DNA of 64,000 bases from contig CM060732.1 of NCBI GenBank assembly GCA_030704615.1, positions 32,116,001 to 32,180,000 on the forward strand. The letters are read 5' to 3'. Positions 24,955 to 38,049 of the stretch are shown piece by piece (position 1 is the stretch's first letter; each line of letters opens with the position of its first letter). Made by a program: the position numbers and the translations under genes. Origin of the DNA: Takakia lepidozioides (taxonomy: Eukaryota; Plantae; Bryophyta). The notes beneath the pieces are model-generated. The model searched no databases. It worked only from the letters and a program-made list of their open reading frames with translations, and was not told where the DNA came from.

Positions 24955-25640
24955 GGAGTTACAGAGGGTTACATGGGTTACAGAGGGTTACAGAGCGTTA
25001 CATGGATTACAAAGGGTTACACAGGGTTACATGGAGTGAGGGTTACATAGGGGTGAGGGTGACACTCTGCGGTGTTACAGAGGGTTACATGGTGGTGAGG
25101 GTTACAGAGGGTCACAGAGGGTTACATGGGTTACAAAGGGTCACAAAGGGTTACATGGGTTACAAAGGGTTACAGAGGGTTATATGGAGTGAGGGTTACA
25201 TAGGGGTGAGGGTGACACTCTGCGGTGTTACAGAGGGATACACGGGTTATAGAGGGTTACATGGTGGTGAGGGTTACAGAGGGTCACAGAGGGTTAGATG
25301 GAGTGAGGGTTACATAGGGGTGAGGGTGACACTTTGCGGTGTTACAAAGGGTTACATGGGTTACAGAGGGTTATATGGTGGTGAGGGTTACAAAGGGTCA
25401 CAGAGGGTTACATAGGTTACAAAGGGTTACAGAGGGTTGCATGGAGTGAGGGTTACATAGGGGTGAGGGTGACACTTTGCGGTGTTACAGAGGGTTACAG
25501 AGGGTTACATGGTGGTGAGGGTTACAAAGGGTTATAAGGTGGTGAGGGTTACACCTGGTGAGGGTTACAGAGGGTTACAGAGGGTTACATGGAGTGAGGG
25601 TTACATAGGGATGAGGGTGACACTCTGCGGTGTTATAGAG
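24955..25640 (+). repeat. AGGGTTAC(A) minisatellite with higher-order unit containing GGGGTGAGGGTGACACTCTGCGGTGTTAC
   Basis: Dozens of AGGGTTACA units. The higher-order unit recurs at ~25050, 25203, 25317, 25460 and 25607. Confidence 0.9.
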
Positions 25641-26026
25641 GGCATCGCGGGTTGCGACCCCCGGACTAAAAAACACGTCGCAGGGGGCGTCGGGCGTTGC
25701 TGCCCGCAAATAGGGTTTGCGACGCCCGACCGTCGCTTCTTGCAACCCCCGCCCAAAAAACATGTCGCCCTTGGCAACGTGCTGCAGTCGCGAGGGCAGC
25801 CTGGTGGGGGGGGGTTTGGGGGTTTATTTTGGGGGTGAATTGGGGGTGGTTTTTTGTTTTTTTCCCGGTTTTGTATTTGGGGATGGGAGAACTTACAGTT
25901 CCATTTCTCTGAGTTAGCAGGTACACAATTGAGCAAGCATGAATCGAGGGTGAGGACGGTGCGACATATGAATAAGATGGAAGATGGAAAGATGGAAATA
26001 TATTTACAAGACATGAGCTGAAAAGC

Positions 26027-28225
26027 TCACAAGGGTTTAGTAGACTGACTCTGGGACCTACATGGACTAGGACTAGTCATCCTCATCCTCAACCTCAGTG
26101 GAGGACTCAGAGCTATCCGATGAGCCTGATGACTCCGCGCCCTTTGCCAGAGCACGTAAATGAGGCGGCGTTCCCCTAAGTCCCATAGAGCTCTCATCCA
26201 ATCCCTAGGCATGACCCTCGACCTCATCCATACTAGTGCCCTGTAGTGCACTCATCCCCTCTGTGTTGGCCATGTTCTTCATGAGGGATTGCCAACCATG
26301 CTCCTTGGCGTAGTTGTACTCTACCGGAGATGGCTTCCTCTCAAACGCACGTTGCTACACATGCCACAAATTAAAGTCAGTTCTTCGCGATGATGGATCC
26401 AGAAAGAAGACATAACAAAATCCATAGGGAAATACGACTTACAAATCGCAAGATAAAACCCTTGGATCCGTCGACGCCCCACTTGTGTGTGGATTCGTGC
26501 TTGTCAAGGCGGACTGTTGTTGCTTCGCGTGCCCGGTCAAATTTGGCCTTGTTTGCGGCATCAGTCTCTCCCGCAATGAGTGCATCCCACGATACCTATG
26601 CACCCCCCCCCCCCCCCCCCCCAACAATTAGTGAATTACACACATACGTTGCATCGAATCCACCTCATTAATGCACATGCGACAAATGGAAGGTGACATG
26701 ATTCAGGATTTGCCAACTTGTGTAATTCCATAAGGTGGTTTGGGTATGGCCCCCTTTTCCATTGCCCTCCGAATGATCTGTCTGGCACGGTACCTCCTAT
26801 CCTTCAAGTTTCGCCCCACCATCTCCATCACCCTTGTGTCACTCCAATTGCCCGAAAACCGGCGGTCTAATTCACGGGCATACGTCCGCTTCGCACCAAA
26901 GTGCTGATCAGCCCACTCGATGTGCAAAGGGAACCACCTCAATGCGAGTTCGAAGGTTGGCTTCTTCATAGCCTCAAGGCCATCCCACCCTCTCCTTTCT
27001 TTGTAGCCTCCTTCCCCTGCTCCTTTGTTACCCCACTGCCCTCCCCCGCATGCACACTCACCCCTTCCTCTCCATGGGACTTCTTTTTCTTCTTCTTCTT
27101 TTTCTTCCCCTTCCCCGCTACTTCCTCTCTCTCCTTCTCCCCTCCCTTCTCTCTCTCTCCTCGGCAGCCCCTTCATTGATGGTAAAAGGGATCTCGGGAG
27201 ATCGAGGCCTCTTCTTCTTACCTTTGGTGTTCGGGTCCTTCATGAACACCACGTGCTGTCCCTCGTTGGCAACCCCACGGGACTGCACCAATGAGGCCAG
27301 CCACATTGCTGCCTCTTGAAGACAAATAACCCCTCCAAATTCAAAAAAAGAAACAAACAACAAAGAAAATCATGCATGCAAAGGAAAGGATAAATCATGG
27401 AACAAGGTGCGACAGTTGTACCTTTGCAAGCTTGTCTGACTCGCCCATGGTGTCACCCGATGTGGGAGGAGTCCCCGTTTCCGGATGTGCCTGCTCTATC
27501 CCCTCCTGGAGCGCCACTGGAAGTAGATTCCAGATGTGGATCATAGCCGGCGGCGGCGCCCCGTAGTCCAGGCCCTTCTTTGCTGACCGCTCAGGCTCAG
27601 GGGGTGGTGTCGCTGATCGGCTAGGCTGCTCCGAACCGGCCCATACCTCCTCCTCTCCCCACCCCCCCCCCCCCCCCCAAATGCGTATCAAGGTAGAAAC
27701 CCTCACCCGGCTTGACTTCTTCAAGGCGCTTCGCTATCTTGGCCACTTCATTGGCCCTCCTCGTCTCCTCCTCCCTCATCGACAACAATGGGCTGGCAAT
27801 GGAGGCTTTCAAAGGCCCTTGAACCTGACGTTGGGCCTTGGCAAGTGCAGCCTTTGCTGCGGAGGAAGGGGTCGCTATGGGGGAAAGGTGCCCATACCGG
27901 GCCCCCGAACGGGTGATGTGCTTGCCAAGGTACATTTCACCCGTCTTGGTGGCCGGGGGTGTGCTCAACTGAGCATCCGGCTCAGCAACAACCTCCCGAA
28001 TAGGAGAGCTGGCTGAGCCGGCCCCTGGCGCATCCAAGATGTGGACAAGAGGGGGGGGGGGTACTGGCCTCGGGGGGCCAGACGAGCCCTCTGGTTGCGG
28101 CTGTCGACGGGGCTGGTTAGCCGTGAGACGCCCTGGCGTGTCACACGTGCCGGCAGAGCAAACGGATTGTCCGCCCCTTTCTTTGGGGCAGGGGACTTCT
28201 TCTCTTTCCCCATAAGCTGGCACCT
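26027..28225 (-). pseudogene. Probable CACTA second gene (TnpA-like/accessory), multi-exon, frameshifted at poly-C runs
   Basis: Co-oriented ORF pieces (27621-28223, 27395-27724, 26703-27176 with WFPLHIEWADQ...GRNLKDRRYRARQ) separated by intron-like gaps, divergent from the Tnp2 gene. The family call is inference from position. Confidence 0.35.
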
Positions 28226-28490
28226 GTCATGCAAACCCACAAGTTGGCCTCATTAGGAACATTCCAGATCAAAAACAAAAAACACCAAGCATGTCGGGGG
28301 CTGACGAGAGGGGGCAACAAATAGAAAGAAAAAGGGGGGGGCGGCGGGGGGCAGTGACTGAGCACCACGGGCTCAGTCCCCCCCCTCTCCCATTTTTATT
28401 TTTTTTGGTTTCCTAATCTCTCCCTCTCTCTCTCCCTCTCTCTCCCTCTCTCCCTCTCCCTCTATAACTTTTTGGATTTCATTTGGCCCT

Positions 28491-31400
28491 GATATTTACT
28501 ATTTGCTTCTTTCATCTAAACTGGATGAAATACATGAATAATGGTGACCTATTCTAAAAATCCAAGAGGTAGTAATTTGTACCATCATAAATGATGGTAG
28601 TTACTAAACCTAAGCCTATACCGTAACCCTAAGATACCTTTTTATGGGATATCATCCATTAACAAAGTGCATCTCTTTAAAATGTGATTTTTCATCCACC
28701 CTGGATGAGAAATCGGGAAGTTGTGCCCTAAACGGGCCGACATATTTCACAACACAGAACTCGTGCTTCTATGATCCTTGATGATGCGCCGTGTAAACCT
28801 GCTCCCTTGCGGCTACATGGTACTCGTGATGGCTGGCTTTTGGGATGCGCATTGGCAGATAGACAGATTCCTCTCTGGCAGTCGACAATGCAGTGATCGC
28901 TCTGCTCAGAAATTTATGATTCTGTTAAATTCGCAGCGGCGCTCTTACTCCTCGTTGGGAAGTACTCCACCCCTACTTAGCCACAGATTACATGTTGCTC
29001 TCTTTCTGTATGAGCTACTCTCTATATGTGAACACTTCTACTTTGATTGCGTTCTGCTGGAGACATCTACTGAACGCCATGGCGCAAGGCATACCACAAA
29101 CATTCAAGGTTTTTTTTTTTGAGTGTACCCTTGCTTGGATTACGATTTGTACATGCTTTAGAATTCAACACTGACATGGATAGCAACTGTGAAAACCTGC
29201 CACTCACCTGATGCATCCTCACTAACACACATCTCTATGTGGTGGTTTTTGGGACGGGCACAGGTGAGGGTTTTCACTTGTCTTGAATTATTGAAGCCTG
29301 CAGAGTCTGATTCATGCATAAGGGATTGCTGCTACCGCCTGAAGCTGCTGATACCAACTGTTGTTTCAAATCTGCCATCTTGCTGCCTCAAATCGGCTTC
29401 AAGTCTGCTCTAATGAGGATCACCTTCTTACTCCTTATCCCTGTTTTTGGTTCTTGATAACCACTTCTATATGTTTTGGAGTTAAGACACACAAAAGACT
29501 TCATAGAAAACAAAATCTCTGTTGAAGGCTCTGGCTGTTTTCAACAAAGGTACATGGCTGCGGCTATAGCTCTGGCAGCATGGAAACCAAGCTCTGAAAT
29601 GAAACACCATGGCCTGGCTCTGATGGATCAGAAGATAGACCTTGTGATAACAAACATTCTTCAAGGCTCTTATATCACCACTATTTCATTACATGATAGG
29701 GGACAATGGTTTCTGAGTTCATTTCTTTAACTAGCAGAGCTTGTTATGAGGCCCTGGAATACCACTCCAGGCCCATATCTACTTGAGGGTACTCAGCCCT
29801 ATGTTTTGTTTTGTTAGAAATCTGGCTTATGACTTGGCACTGAAGCACCTTCAGACCTGGCCCCATCAGTATTTTGGTTTTCAAGAACTACTTGCTGGTA
29901 GATGTTGTGCGCTTCCTACCTTATACTATGGCAGAGTTTTGATCTTGAAGTCCTGGAATAACTATCCAGGCTTACATATGCCTGAAAAAACTCAGCCCCG
30001 CTTCTACTTTATGAATCTTGCATGTGTCTTGGCACTGACAGATCAGTTTCACGCCTACACAGGATGTTGTTTTAGGAAGATGAATGGCTCAAGAACTAGA
30101 TTATGTAAGGCTTGACCCGTGTCAACAACAAAAAATGAATGCTTTATGTCAACTTATGGGGCTTTCAGGATATGAATGACCAGGAATCCCGCCCTCCCAC
30201 CCTGTTTTTTCAGATACCCTGAAAAGTTATAAGATGTTCAAATGAGTTGGTAAAAGGGGTTGTTAGATGATGCCCTATAAAGGGTTGCTTTGTCTTTCAA
30301 TGACAATGACCTTAGTGGTCTTGTCCATGTCTTGACATGACATGTATATCTTCTCTCCCTCCCTCTTTTTTTTTGCTGTTCACAAAAGTAAACAAACCAC
30401 AAGGGAGACAGGGTGCAGAAAAAGTTAAAAGATGTACTCATAAGACGTTGTTTGCCATAGCCTTGTGGCCATTGACCCCGCGCCCAGTTTGAGCGGAAAC
30501 AAAAGGGACAGAACCTGCCTCTGTCAAGGGCTGACGTTGGTAGTAAGACTTACCTTCATATATAGAATTAATCTGGGTTTTCCAGATATCCTCTAGAAAT
30601 CCCTTCACACAAGCATCAAACTGTTGTGTGTGATTTGCCCAATAACTAGGCCTCAGGAGGGCCTGGCCTTTTGGCTCAGCCTTGAGACTTTCAAAGTTGG
30701 TAAACAGAGGTACAGGCACAAACCTCGGACAGTGTATCAGAAAACGTGTACTGTCTTCAGATTGCCCACACAACGGGCAATTGCACTCTCCCTTTCCTCT
30801 CTGCTTCTGTTTGCTGGCTTCCTGCCCTGAGTTTAAATTTCAGTCTAGTGCCGAGAGTGGGTAGACCCTTGAGGTCATCCAAGATGTCCTCCCCCATGAC
30901 ACTGACTGGAAACAAGTTCAGGGAAGTTTTTTGCCTAACTTCATTTTCATCAGACAATCTCATGGCAACAGACATGGGTTTGGACACTACAGCCTCTAAG
31001 TCAGATTTATCAACCCATATTGCATATCCGTACTCCAAGGCAGGTCTAATAATGCGACAAAGCATGGTTTTCTTAACCTCAGAGTTGACCCCTCTGCAGA
31101 AAAAGTTAAAAAGAGAGAGGGAAGATATTCACGTCATGTCAAGACATGGACAAGACCCATAAGGGTCATTGTCAATTAAAGACATAAACAGCCATGGATA
31201 GGGCACTATCTCACATTTCCAGTCTTGTCAAATCATCCCTAAAAGACACCACCCAATTATCCAAGACAAAACAGGGTGGGAGGGCGGGGTTTGTTCTTGT
31301 GTGGGACAAGATAAGATATTGTTGTCCATGTGCATGCTGCAAGGCCTCTTGGTTCAGCCTGTACATATACCAGCAGCTTACCAATTCAGCCATGAATTAT

Positions 31401-33281
31401 GGCATGTCATGCATCAGCCAAGGCAAAAGGACCAGCCTGCATTTTGTCAGAATCTCAGTATCCCACCAAGCAGTCCAACTTGATCCAGATGAAGTAGATT
31501 TCATATCATTTGTATTCACCCCGAGACATGTGATCATACAAGGTATCAAGGGAATGTGAATGCAGCCTATCAGATTGCAGGTTCAAGATTTGTACCAACA
31601 AACAACATGAACAGCCGAGATCCAGCCTCTTTTGTATAAAAAATAGATGGTAGGTCATAGGCCTAATGTCACGACAGATCCAAAACAGTAGGTAGGATTC
31701 CATTGCAGCTTACCATCCTCATCCTTCAAGAATTCCATGCTAAAGACATGCAAAATACACCTTACTACGATCCAGTACACATCAGAAATGGGCCTCACAA
31801 GGAGCAGGGCAGTACCCTACCAGGCTGCCGCCTAAAACTTCAAGGCCATCAGATCCATAGTTACCCAAAACCGCCAAAAACATACCACCAAAAACCAGAT
31901 CCTCTTTGGCCAAAATAACTTACAACCTAGCCTAGTAATCCACAGGCTGTGCTGTCAAAGATTAAAAAGTAGGGTATAGTTTGTATGCAAGCCTCAGGAA
32001 ACAAGCCCGTCAGGCCGAGCTGCGCATCGGTGGCAGAACGACAAAGGCCAGAACGCAGGTTGGAGCATATCAAGTCAAGGGCAGCTGGGTTGAAGTCGGG
32101 GCTGCAGCCAGCAACCACCTCATAGCGCGCACAACCCTAGGTCTCCTCAGCCCATATCCCAATCTGCATGCTCAAGAAACTTCAAAGTAGGTGAGGATCC
32201 TCACCTGGTCCCATCACAAGCCCCCACAAAAACCAATAGGTTAGTGAGGATTGTGGAACCCCAGGTGAATCAGAGACCCTCATACTTGTCATCGATGTCA
32301 ACTAAGAAACTCAAAAGCAAGAGAAAGAGATAAGAACATGAGAATCCCTAAACTCCAAAGGCATCTTAAGCGATTGGGGAAGAGGGTTATGCGCCATCAC
32401 CACCCGCAACAAGCCGCCTCCACAAAGCACATAAGCAATGAAGCACATCAGGCACAAACGCAAGGCACTAGAAAAGAGGGAGAGAACTTCCCATCATAAG
32501 CATCCTTGCTAAGCACAGAAAAAGCCAGAGGAGGGAAGATGCCACTTTCATAGCGGAGTTTCCTGCTGCAAGAGAGACAAGGCGCCACCTTCGCGCCCCC
32601 CCAAGCGCTCGTCCAGCATGGGTACGACACCACAAATGGGGCAGCCACCGAAGCACGCCCGCCATAACATTCTTCTCGCGAGCTCAGAAGCACATCGCGT
32701 GCTTCTGACAGCGGGAGAGACGACATAGGGTTGTCCCCCGATTTTTCATCTGCGGATGAAAAATGGTAGGACCCTAACGGATTTCATCCGTAGCAAGATA
32801 AAAAATAGGTTTTGGGGTAGGGGTTAGGGTTTCCACCGTAATTAATCATAATTAGGGGTAGTAAAGATCAATTCCAGGTCATAATCACATCACCCATAGA
32901 CAGCTCACATGTATCAGGATGAAAAAGTAGGGAATATCATCCGTGGCAGCGCCTTACCTCCATCTAGGTAATTCTATCATTCCTTTCCAGACCATCCGGT
33001 ATGGATAACAAGAGTCAATAAAAGAGGAATGAAAAATTATCACCTTGGTAGTTTTTCATCCGGTACGGATGGAAAAACAGGATGCTGTTGGCAACCTCCA
33101 TAGAGGTAATTTTTTTCTTCCATGGTGACTCAACCGTAATGGATGAGAGTCAATAGAGGAGGAATGAAAAGGCCAAAAGAACCATCCTAGAGGTAATTCA
33201 GTGTCCATCCTGGTGGCTCATCCGGTATGGATGAAAAAAGCCTGATAGAGGAACAAAAAATCCACACTGATAGCAAACTGC
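28491..33281. mobile_element. Possible non-autonomous MULE-like insertion with TTCATCC-n-GGATGAA subterminal motifs
   Basis: Ends GATATTTACTATT (28491) and, on the - strand, GCAGTTTGCTATC (33281) resemble the element 1/2 termini. Inverted TCATCC..GGATGA motifs cluster at 28510-28715 and 32740-33240. No TSD was seen. Confidence 0.3.
30430..31100 (-). mobile_element. Degenerate non-LTR retrotransposon 3' fragment
   Basis: IIRPALEYGYAIW (post-RT motif) and CPLCGQSEDSTRFLIHCP (C-terminal Zn knuckle). It is an inverted copy of 33540-34100. Confidence 0.65.
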
Positions 33282-33359
33282 CAATTCCCAGTAGAGAGGG
33301 AGACAGAAGGAGAGAGGGGGCAACAATGAAAAAAAATGGGTTGGGGGGGGGGGGGGGGG

Positions 33360-35260
33360 GGGTCAGATGGTGGGGTCAACTGCAGCATATGTCCAACACC
33401 AGATATCCTAAGTTAATCGACTCTATATCTTGGAAACAGGACCGCCCACCGACCTGTCAAACAGGCTAAGTCTGGCAGAAGACAGTAGAAGAGATTCTCA
33501 AGGACCGGACCTGGAACCGCAAGTCTTCACCCTGCTGGATAAATCTGACTTAGAGGTTGTAGTGTCCAACCATGTCTGTTGCCATGAGATTGTCTGATGA
33601 CAATGAAGTTAGGCAAAAAACTTCCCTGAACTTGTTTCCAGTCAGTGACATGGGGGAGGACATCTTGGATGACCTCAAGGGTCTACCCACTCTTGGCACT
33701 AGACTGAAATTTAAACTCAGGGCAGGAAGCCTACCTTTGAACAACAAACAGAAGCAAAAAGGAAAGGGAGAGTGCAATTGCCCGTTGTGTGGGCAATCTG
33801 AAGACAATACTCATTTTCTGATACACTGTCCGGGGTTCTCTCACCAAAGAGACGCTCTCTTCAAATCTATCAAGGGAATTGTGCATGTACCTCTGTTTAC
33901 TAACTTTGAAAGTCTCGAAGCTGAGCCAAAAGCCCAGCCCCTTCTGAGGCCTAGTTTTTGGGCATCTCACACACAACAGATTGATGCTTGTGTGAAGGGA
34001 TTTGTAGAGGATATCTGGAAAACCCGGATTAATTCTATATGTGAAGGTAAGTCTTACTACCAACGTCAGCCCCTGACAGAGGTAGGATCTGTCCTTTTTG
34101 TTTCCCCAAGAGAGGGGGCAACAAAGAAAAACAGAGAATGTGGGGGGGAGGGAGTGACTGAGCAGCAACAGCTCCTTCTGTGCTGCTCTCTTTTAAGCTC
34201 CCGATGAGATAAATTCAAGGTCAGATGGTGGGTTCAGCTGCAACATATGTCCAACACCAGATATCTTCAATTAATCGACTCTATATCTTGGAAACAGGAC
34301 CGCCCACCGACCTGTCAAATAGGCTGAGTCCTGGTAGAAGACAGTAGAAGAGATTCTCAAGGACCTGGACCTGGAACCACAAGTCTTCACCCTGCTGGAT
34401 AAATCTGACTTAGAGGTTGTTGTGTCCAACCATGTCTGTGGGCAACCTGAAGACATTATTCATTTTCTGATACACTGTCCGGGGTTTTCTCAACAAAGAG
34501 ACGCTCTCTTCAAATCTATCAAGGGAATTGTGCATGTACCTCTGTTTACTAACTTTGAAAAAGTCGAGGCTGAGCCAAAAGCCCAGCCCCTTCTGAGGCC
34601 TAGTTTTTTGGCAACTCACACACAGCAGATTGATGCTTGTGTGAAGGGATTTGTAGAGGATATCTGGAAAACCCGGATTAATTCTATATGTGAAGGTAAG
34701 TCTTACTACCAACGTCAGCCCTGACAGAGGTAGGATCTGTCCCTTTTGTTTCCCCAAGAGAGGGGCAACAAAGAAAAATAGAGAATGTGGGGGGGGGGGG
34801 GGGGGGGGGGGGCAGTGACTGAGCAGCAGCAGCATAAATTCAAGGTCAGATGGTGGGTTCAGCTGCAACATATGTCCAACACCGGATATCCTAAGTTAAT
34901 CGACTCTATATCTTGGAAACAGGACTGCCCTGTCAAACAGGGTGAGCCCTGGGAGAAGAGAGTAAAAGAGATTCTCAAGGATCTGAATCTGGACCCGCAA
35001 GTCTTGACCTTGCTGGATAAACCTGACTTAGAGAGTGTAGTGTCCAAAGCCATGTCTGATACCAGAAAATTGTCCAATGAAAATGAAGTTAGGAAGAAAA
35101 CTTCCCTAAACCTGTTTCCAGTCTGTGACATGGGGGAGGGCATCATGGATGCGCTCAAGGGTCTATCCCACTCTTGGCACCAGACCTAAATTTAAAGTCA
35201 GGGCAGGAAGACTACCTTTGAACAATAAACAAAAGCAGAGAGGAAAGGGAGAGTGAAATT
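33360..35260 (+). mobile_element. Three tandem partial copies of the same LINE-derived fragment
   Basis: The block GGTCAGATGGTGGG..CATATGTCCAACACC recurs at ~33361, 34219 and 34843. CNCPLCGQSEDNTHFLIHCP in ORF 33572-34207. Related pieces at 45050-45750. Confidence 0.7.
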
Positions 35261-36523
35261 TCCCTGACGTACCTCTGCTGCTGCTGGTGCTTGAAGCGAG
35301 CTGGCGCGGCGAGCTGCTGCGGTGCTGTCGCGGCGCGGGTCCCCACCGCTGCAAGGCGTCTCGCCCCCGCTCACCACGGCTCTCTCTCTCTTCAGCTCGT
35401 TAGAGCGCGCCTCTGCGCGGCGTTCCTACCACATAGGGGAGAGAGACATCAGCCCGTGCTTAGGGCAAGAAAAAAAGACAGAAAGTAAGGGAGGAGGCGG
35501 TGCTTACCTTGGGCGTTGGAGCGGCATTGGGGCAAACTCCTTGGGGCCTTGCGACCACCTCGGGCTCAGCAACAGGTGCGTTTCTCCTCCACCCTAAACC
35601 CCACTCTCTGAACTACCTCTCTCCCAAAGAACAAACGAAAAAAGGAGGGGAAAGAGATGCTTCAAGCACTTAGGGGAAAAAAAAGGCGCGGCGCCCACGT
35701 GCGACGCCCAGCCGTTGCACACCTACGCCCGCCCTTTTTTTGAAATATAAAAGTGAAGTTTGCGACGGCTGGCCGTCGTTTCTTGCGACCCCCAGCCATA
35801 AATATAAAAAAACACGTCGCCCCCCGCGACGGCTGTCCGTCGCGGGGTGCGACCCCCAGGTAAAAAACAAAAAAAAAAAACTCGTCGTCCATGCGACGCT
35901 AGGGTGTCGCAGGAGGCGACGGCCGGCCTTTCTGGATTTAGGGTTTAGGGCCTTTTGGGTTTCTTAGTTTTTATTTTATTTATTTATTTTTTCATATGGT
36001 ACTGAGTTAGGGTGTTTGCTTTTCTTTATGGTGCTGGGTTTGGATTGGCGGTTTTGGTTGTGGGTCTTGGGGTTAAAAGGATAAACGGTGTAATTAGGAT
36101 TCACATACCCAAAATGTGTTTCAATCTGATAATCGCAAAGCGCTGGGTCTCAACAAATTTTTCCATAGTGTGAGCATCCTGAAGATAGAACGAGAGGAAG
36201 GATTTATTGTCTTGGGCTCTAGCACCATAGGGATGCTCCGCCTTTGGTTACCAATTTTGAAAGCCCTGAGGCTGAGGCATAGGGTTTTTTTGCCAACGGT
36301 TTTTGAGAAATGAAAGTGTTGGTGGTGTGTGTTAATTAGGATGGGATGGTGAGGAAACATCGACCCGTCTCCCTCGAGGATGGGGAGGTAGTACCACATA
36401 TCGATTGTGGCCCTAGAGCGACCATTTTTTGTGGCGAGGAGGCACCCATTGCACCTGATCCAATACAGGCTGCCGGGCACAATCGTAGAAGGGACCGGGG
36501 CCAATTTTCAGGTGATGTGGAGG

Positions 36524-38049
36524 ATGTTGACACTCCGGGAGCGAGTCAGGCGTGCCGCGGGTTGCCCCCTCGCGGGCCACCCCGTCCAACCACGTCCACC
36601 TTTGAAACCCCCCCCCCCCCCCGACAGGATTGAGTGTTGGTGCACTAAGTGTTGGGAACGGATACCGCCGGGCGGCACCAGACCACCGAGGCGGCGACCG
36701 CATGTTGTCGAAAAACATTACAAGAAAACAAGATTGCGGATGCGACAAAGGTGAGTGTTTTTCCCACCCCTCTCATTAACATTCATTCAAGGTACATTGA
36801 GGTTTATCTAATAATATAGTATGATTGGTAAGCATACATGAATCAAAATTACGACATAAGTATTGATGCGTCGTTCACTACGCACATTGCAGCCACGACT
36901 TGATGCCCAAGCTCGCAATCACATTGCCCAGGAGGCATTTCGCGCCAGTCTACTTGCAGAATTTGTGCCAGAGCATGTGCCCGATGTGACCAGTTGGTTC
37001 CCCCAGCAGCACGTAGATGAGATGCGTAGGGTCGAGGGGTATCGTAGGTGTCATAGGCGTTATGGCCGGCGACGAGCAGGCCCCCCCCCCCCCCCCCTCC
37101 AGTTTCCTCAGGCGGTCCCCCTGATTGTGGCCTCCTCCCCCCGTCTGTTTCTTTGCCTGATCCACCTCCGGTTGTACCTGATTTGGACGTTGTACCCCCG
37201 GCTGCACCTCCGACATTACATCCTCAACCACCTCCACTTTCATCTCCTCCGCCAGCAGTACCACCTCCACCTCCACGAGCATGTGCCCCCCGAACCCCTA
37301 GGAGGGGTCGGCTTCGCCCTAGGTTTCCTCCCCTTCGGCTTGGGCGGCCTGAGCCGGATCCTCGCCCCCGATGGGAAGCGCATAGGACTATGTTACTGAG
37401 GACCGTCCAGCCTCGTTGTTGGGGGAATCATCTCGACCCTCCCACCCCCATCCGAGAAAATGTGGAGTTTGAGTATTGGGGGAGACAGTATGTTGTGAGA
37501 GCCGCTACAGACCTTGCTATGGGTCGGGGTTTATTCACGGTCAATGATATTGTGGTTCCTCCTCGGAGAAACAGCATGGTGGACTTGTTTCGCTACTACG
37601 GTCCATACTACACCTCCGTGGAGTTCTGTACATTACGCCTCGAAGCCCCATACATCCTACCCTACATTTTGTGTGTCAACGGACAGGATGTACGTAGACG
37701 GGGGTTGTCTCCCATTGAGATCAGATTTTGTGATGGTGACCCCGACATCTTCGGCAATGTTGCTGGGCTGGTCAATAATTCTTTTGGTCATCCTAGGAGA
37801 ACCAATGTAGTATGGGACGAGCGAAGCGATGGGCATGAGAGCTTTTGTGGTCATACATCAGTATACTGTGAGGGGATGCACATGTTTGTGATGACATGTG
37901 CTAATAGGACTATTAGGGCTGGCAGCGAACTATTTGCATCATACGAGTTCTCTCGGGATGATTGGGACCTCCGATTACAGCGTGAGTGGGATGTGTATGA
38001 TAGAAATAGGATTCCTTTGAGACAGGGATCGCGTAGAGGGGCATTGTAG
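36524..38049 (+). CDS. SET-domain protein with N-terminal CxCxxC..H motif and Pro-rich linker, inside the CACTA element
   Basis: Exon 1 ~36524-36750 (CWCTKC...R...H, GTGAGT donor); exon 2 from ~36861 with a frame change at the poly-C at 37081. SET motifs: MGRGLF (37519-37536), YYG, DG...GNVAGLVNNS (NNS at 37774-37782), RTIRAGSELFASY (ELFASY at 37927-37944). Confidence 0.75.

Larger units (their letters stand above)
20417..25640. mobile_element. Unclassified element 3 rich in GGGTTACA/TGTAACCC repeats
   Basis: Motif clusters at 20430-20660, 21350-21710, 22600-22810, 23950-24400 and 24955-25640. The motif resumes at 42829-42856, right after the CACTA end. No transposase was recognised. Confidence 0.45.

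Noticed and set aside
24864-25838. Repetitive ORFs, or an interstitial telomere array
   Set aside because: The ORFs are satellite translations. The unit is AGGGTTAC(A) with a higher-order structure, not TTTAGGG/TTAGGG tandem repeats.
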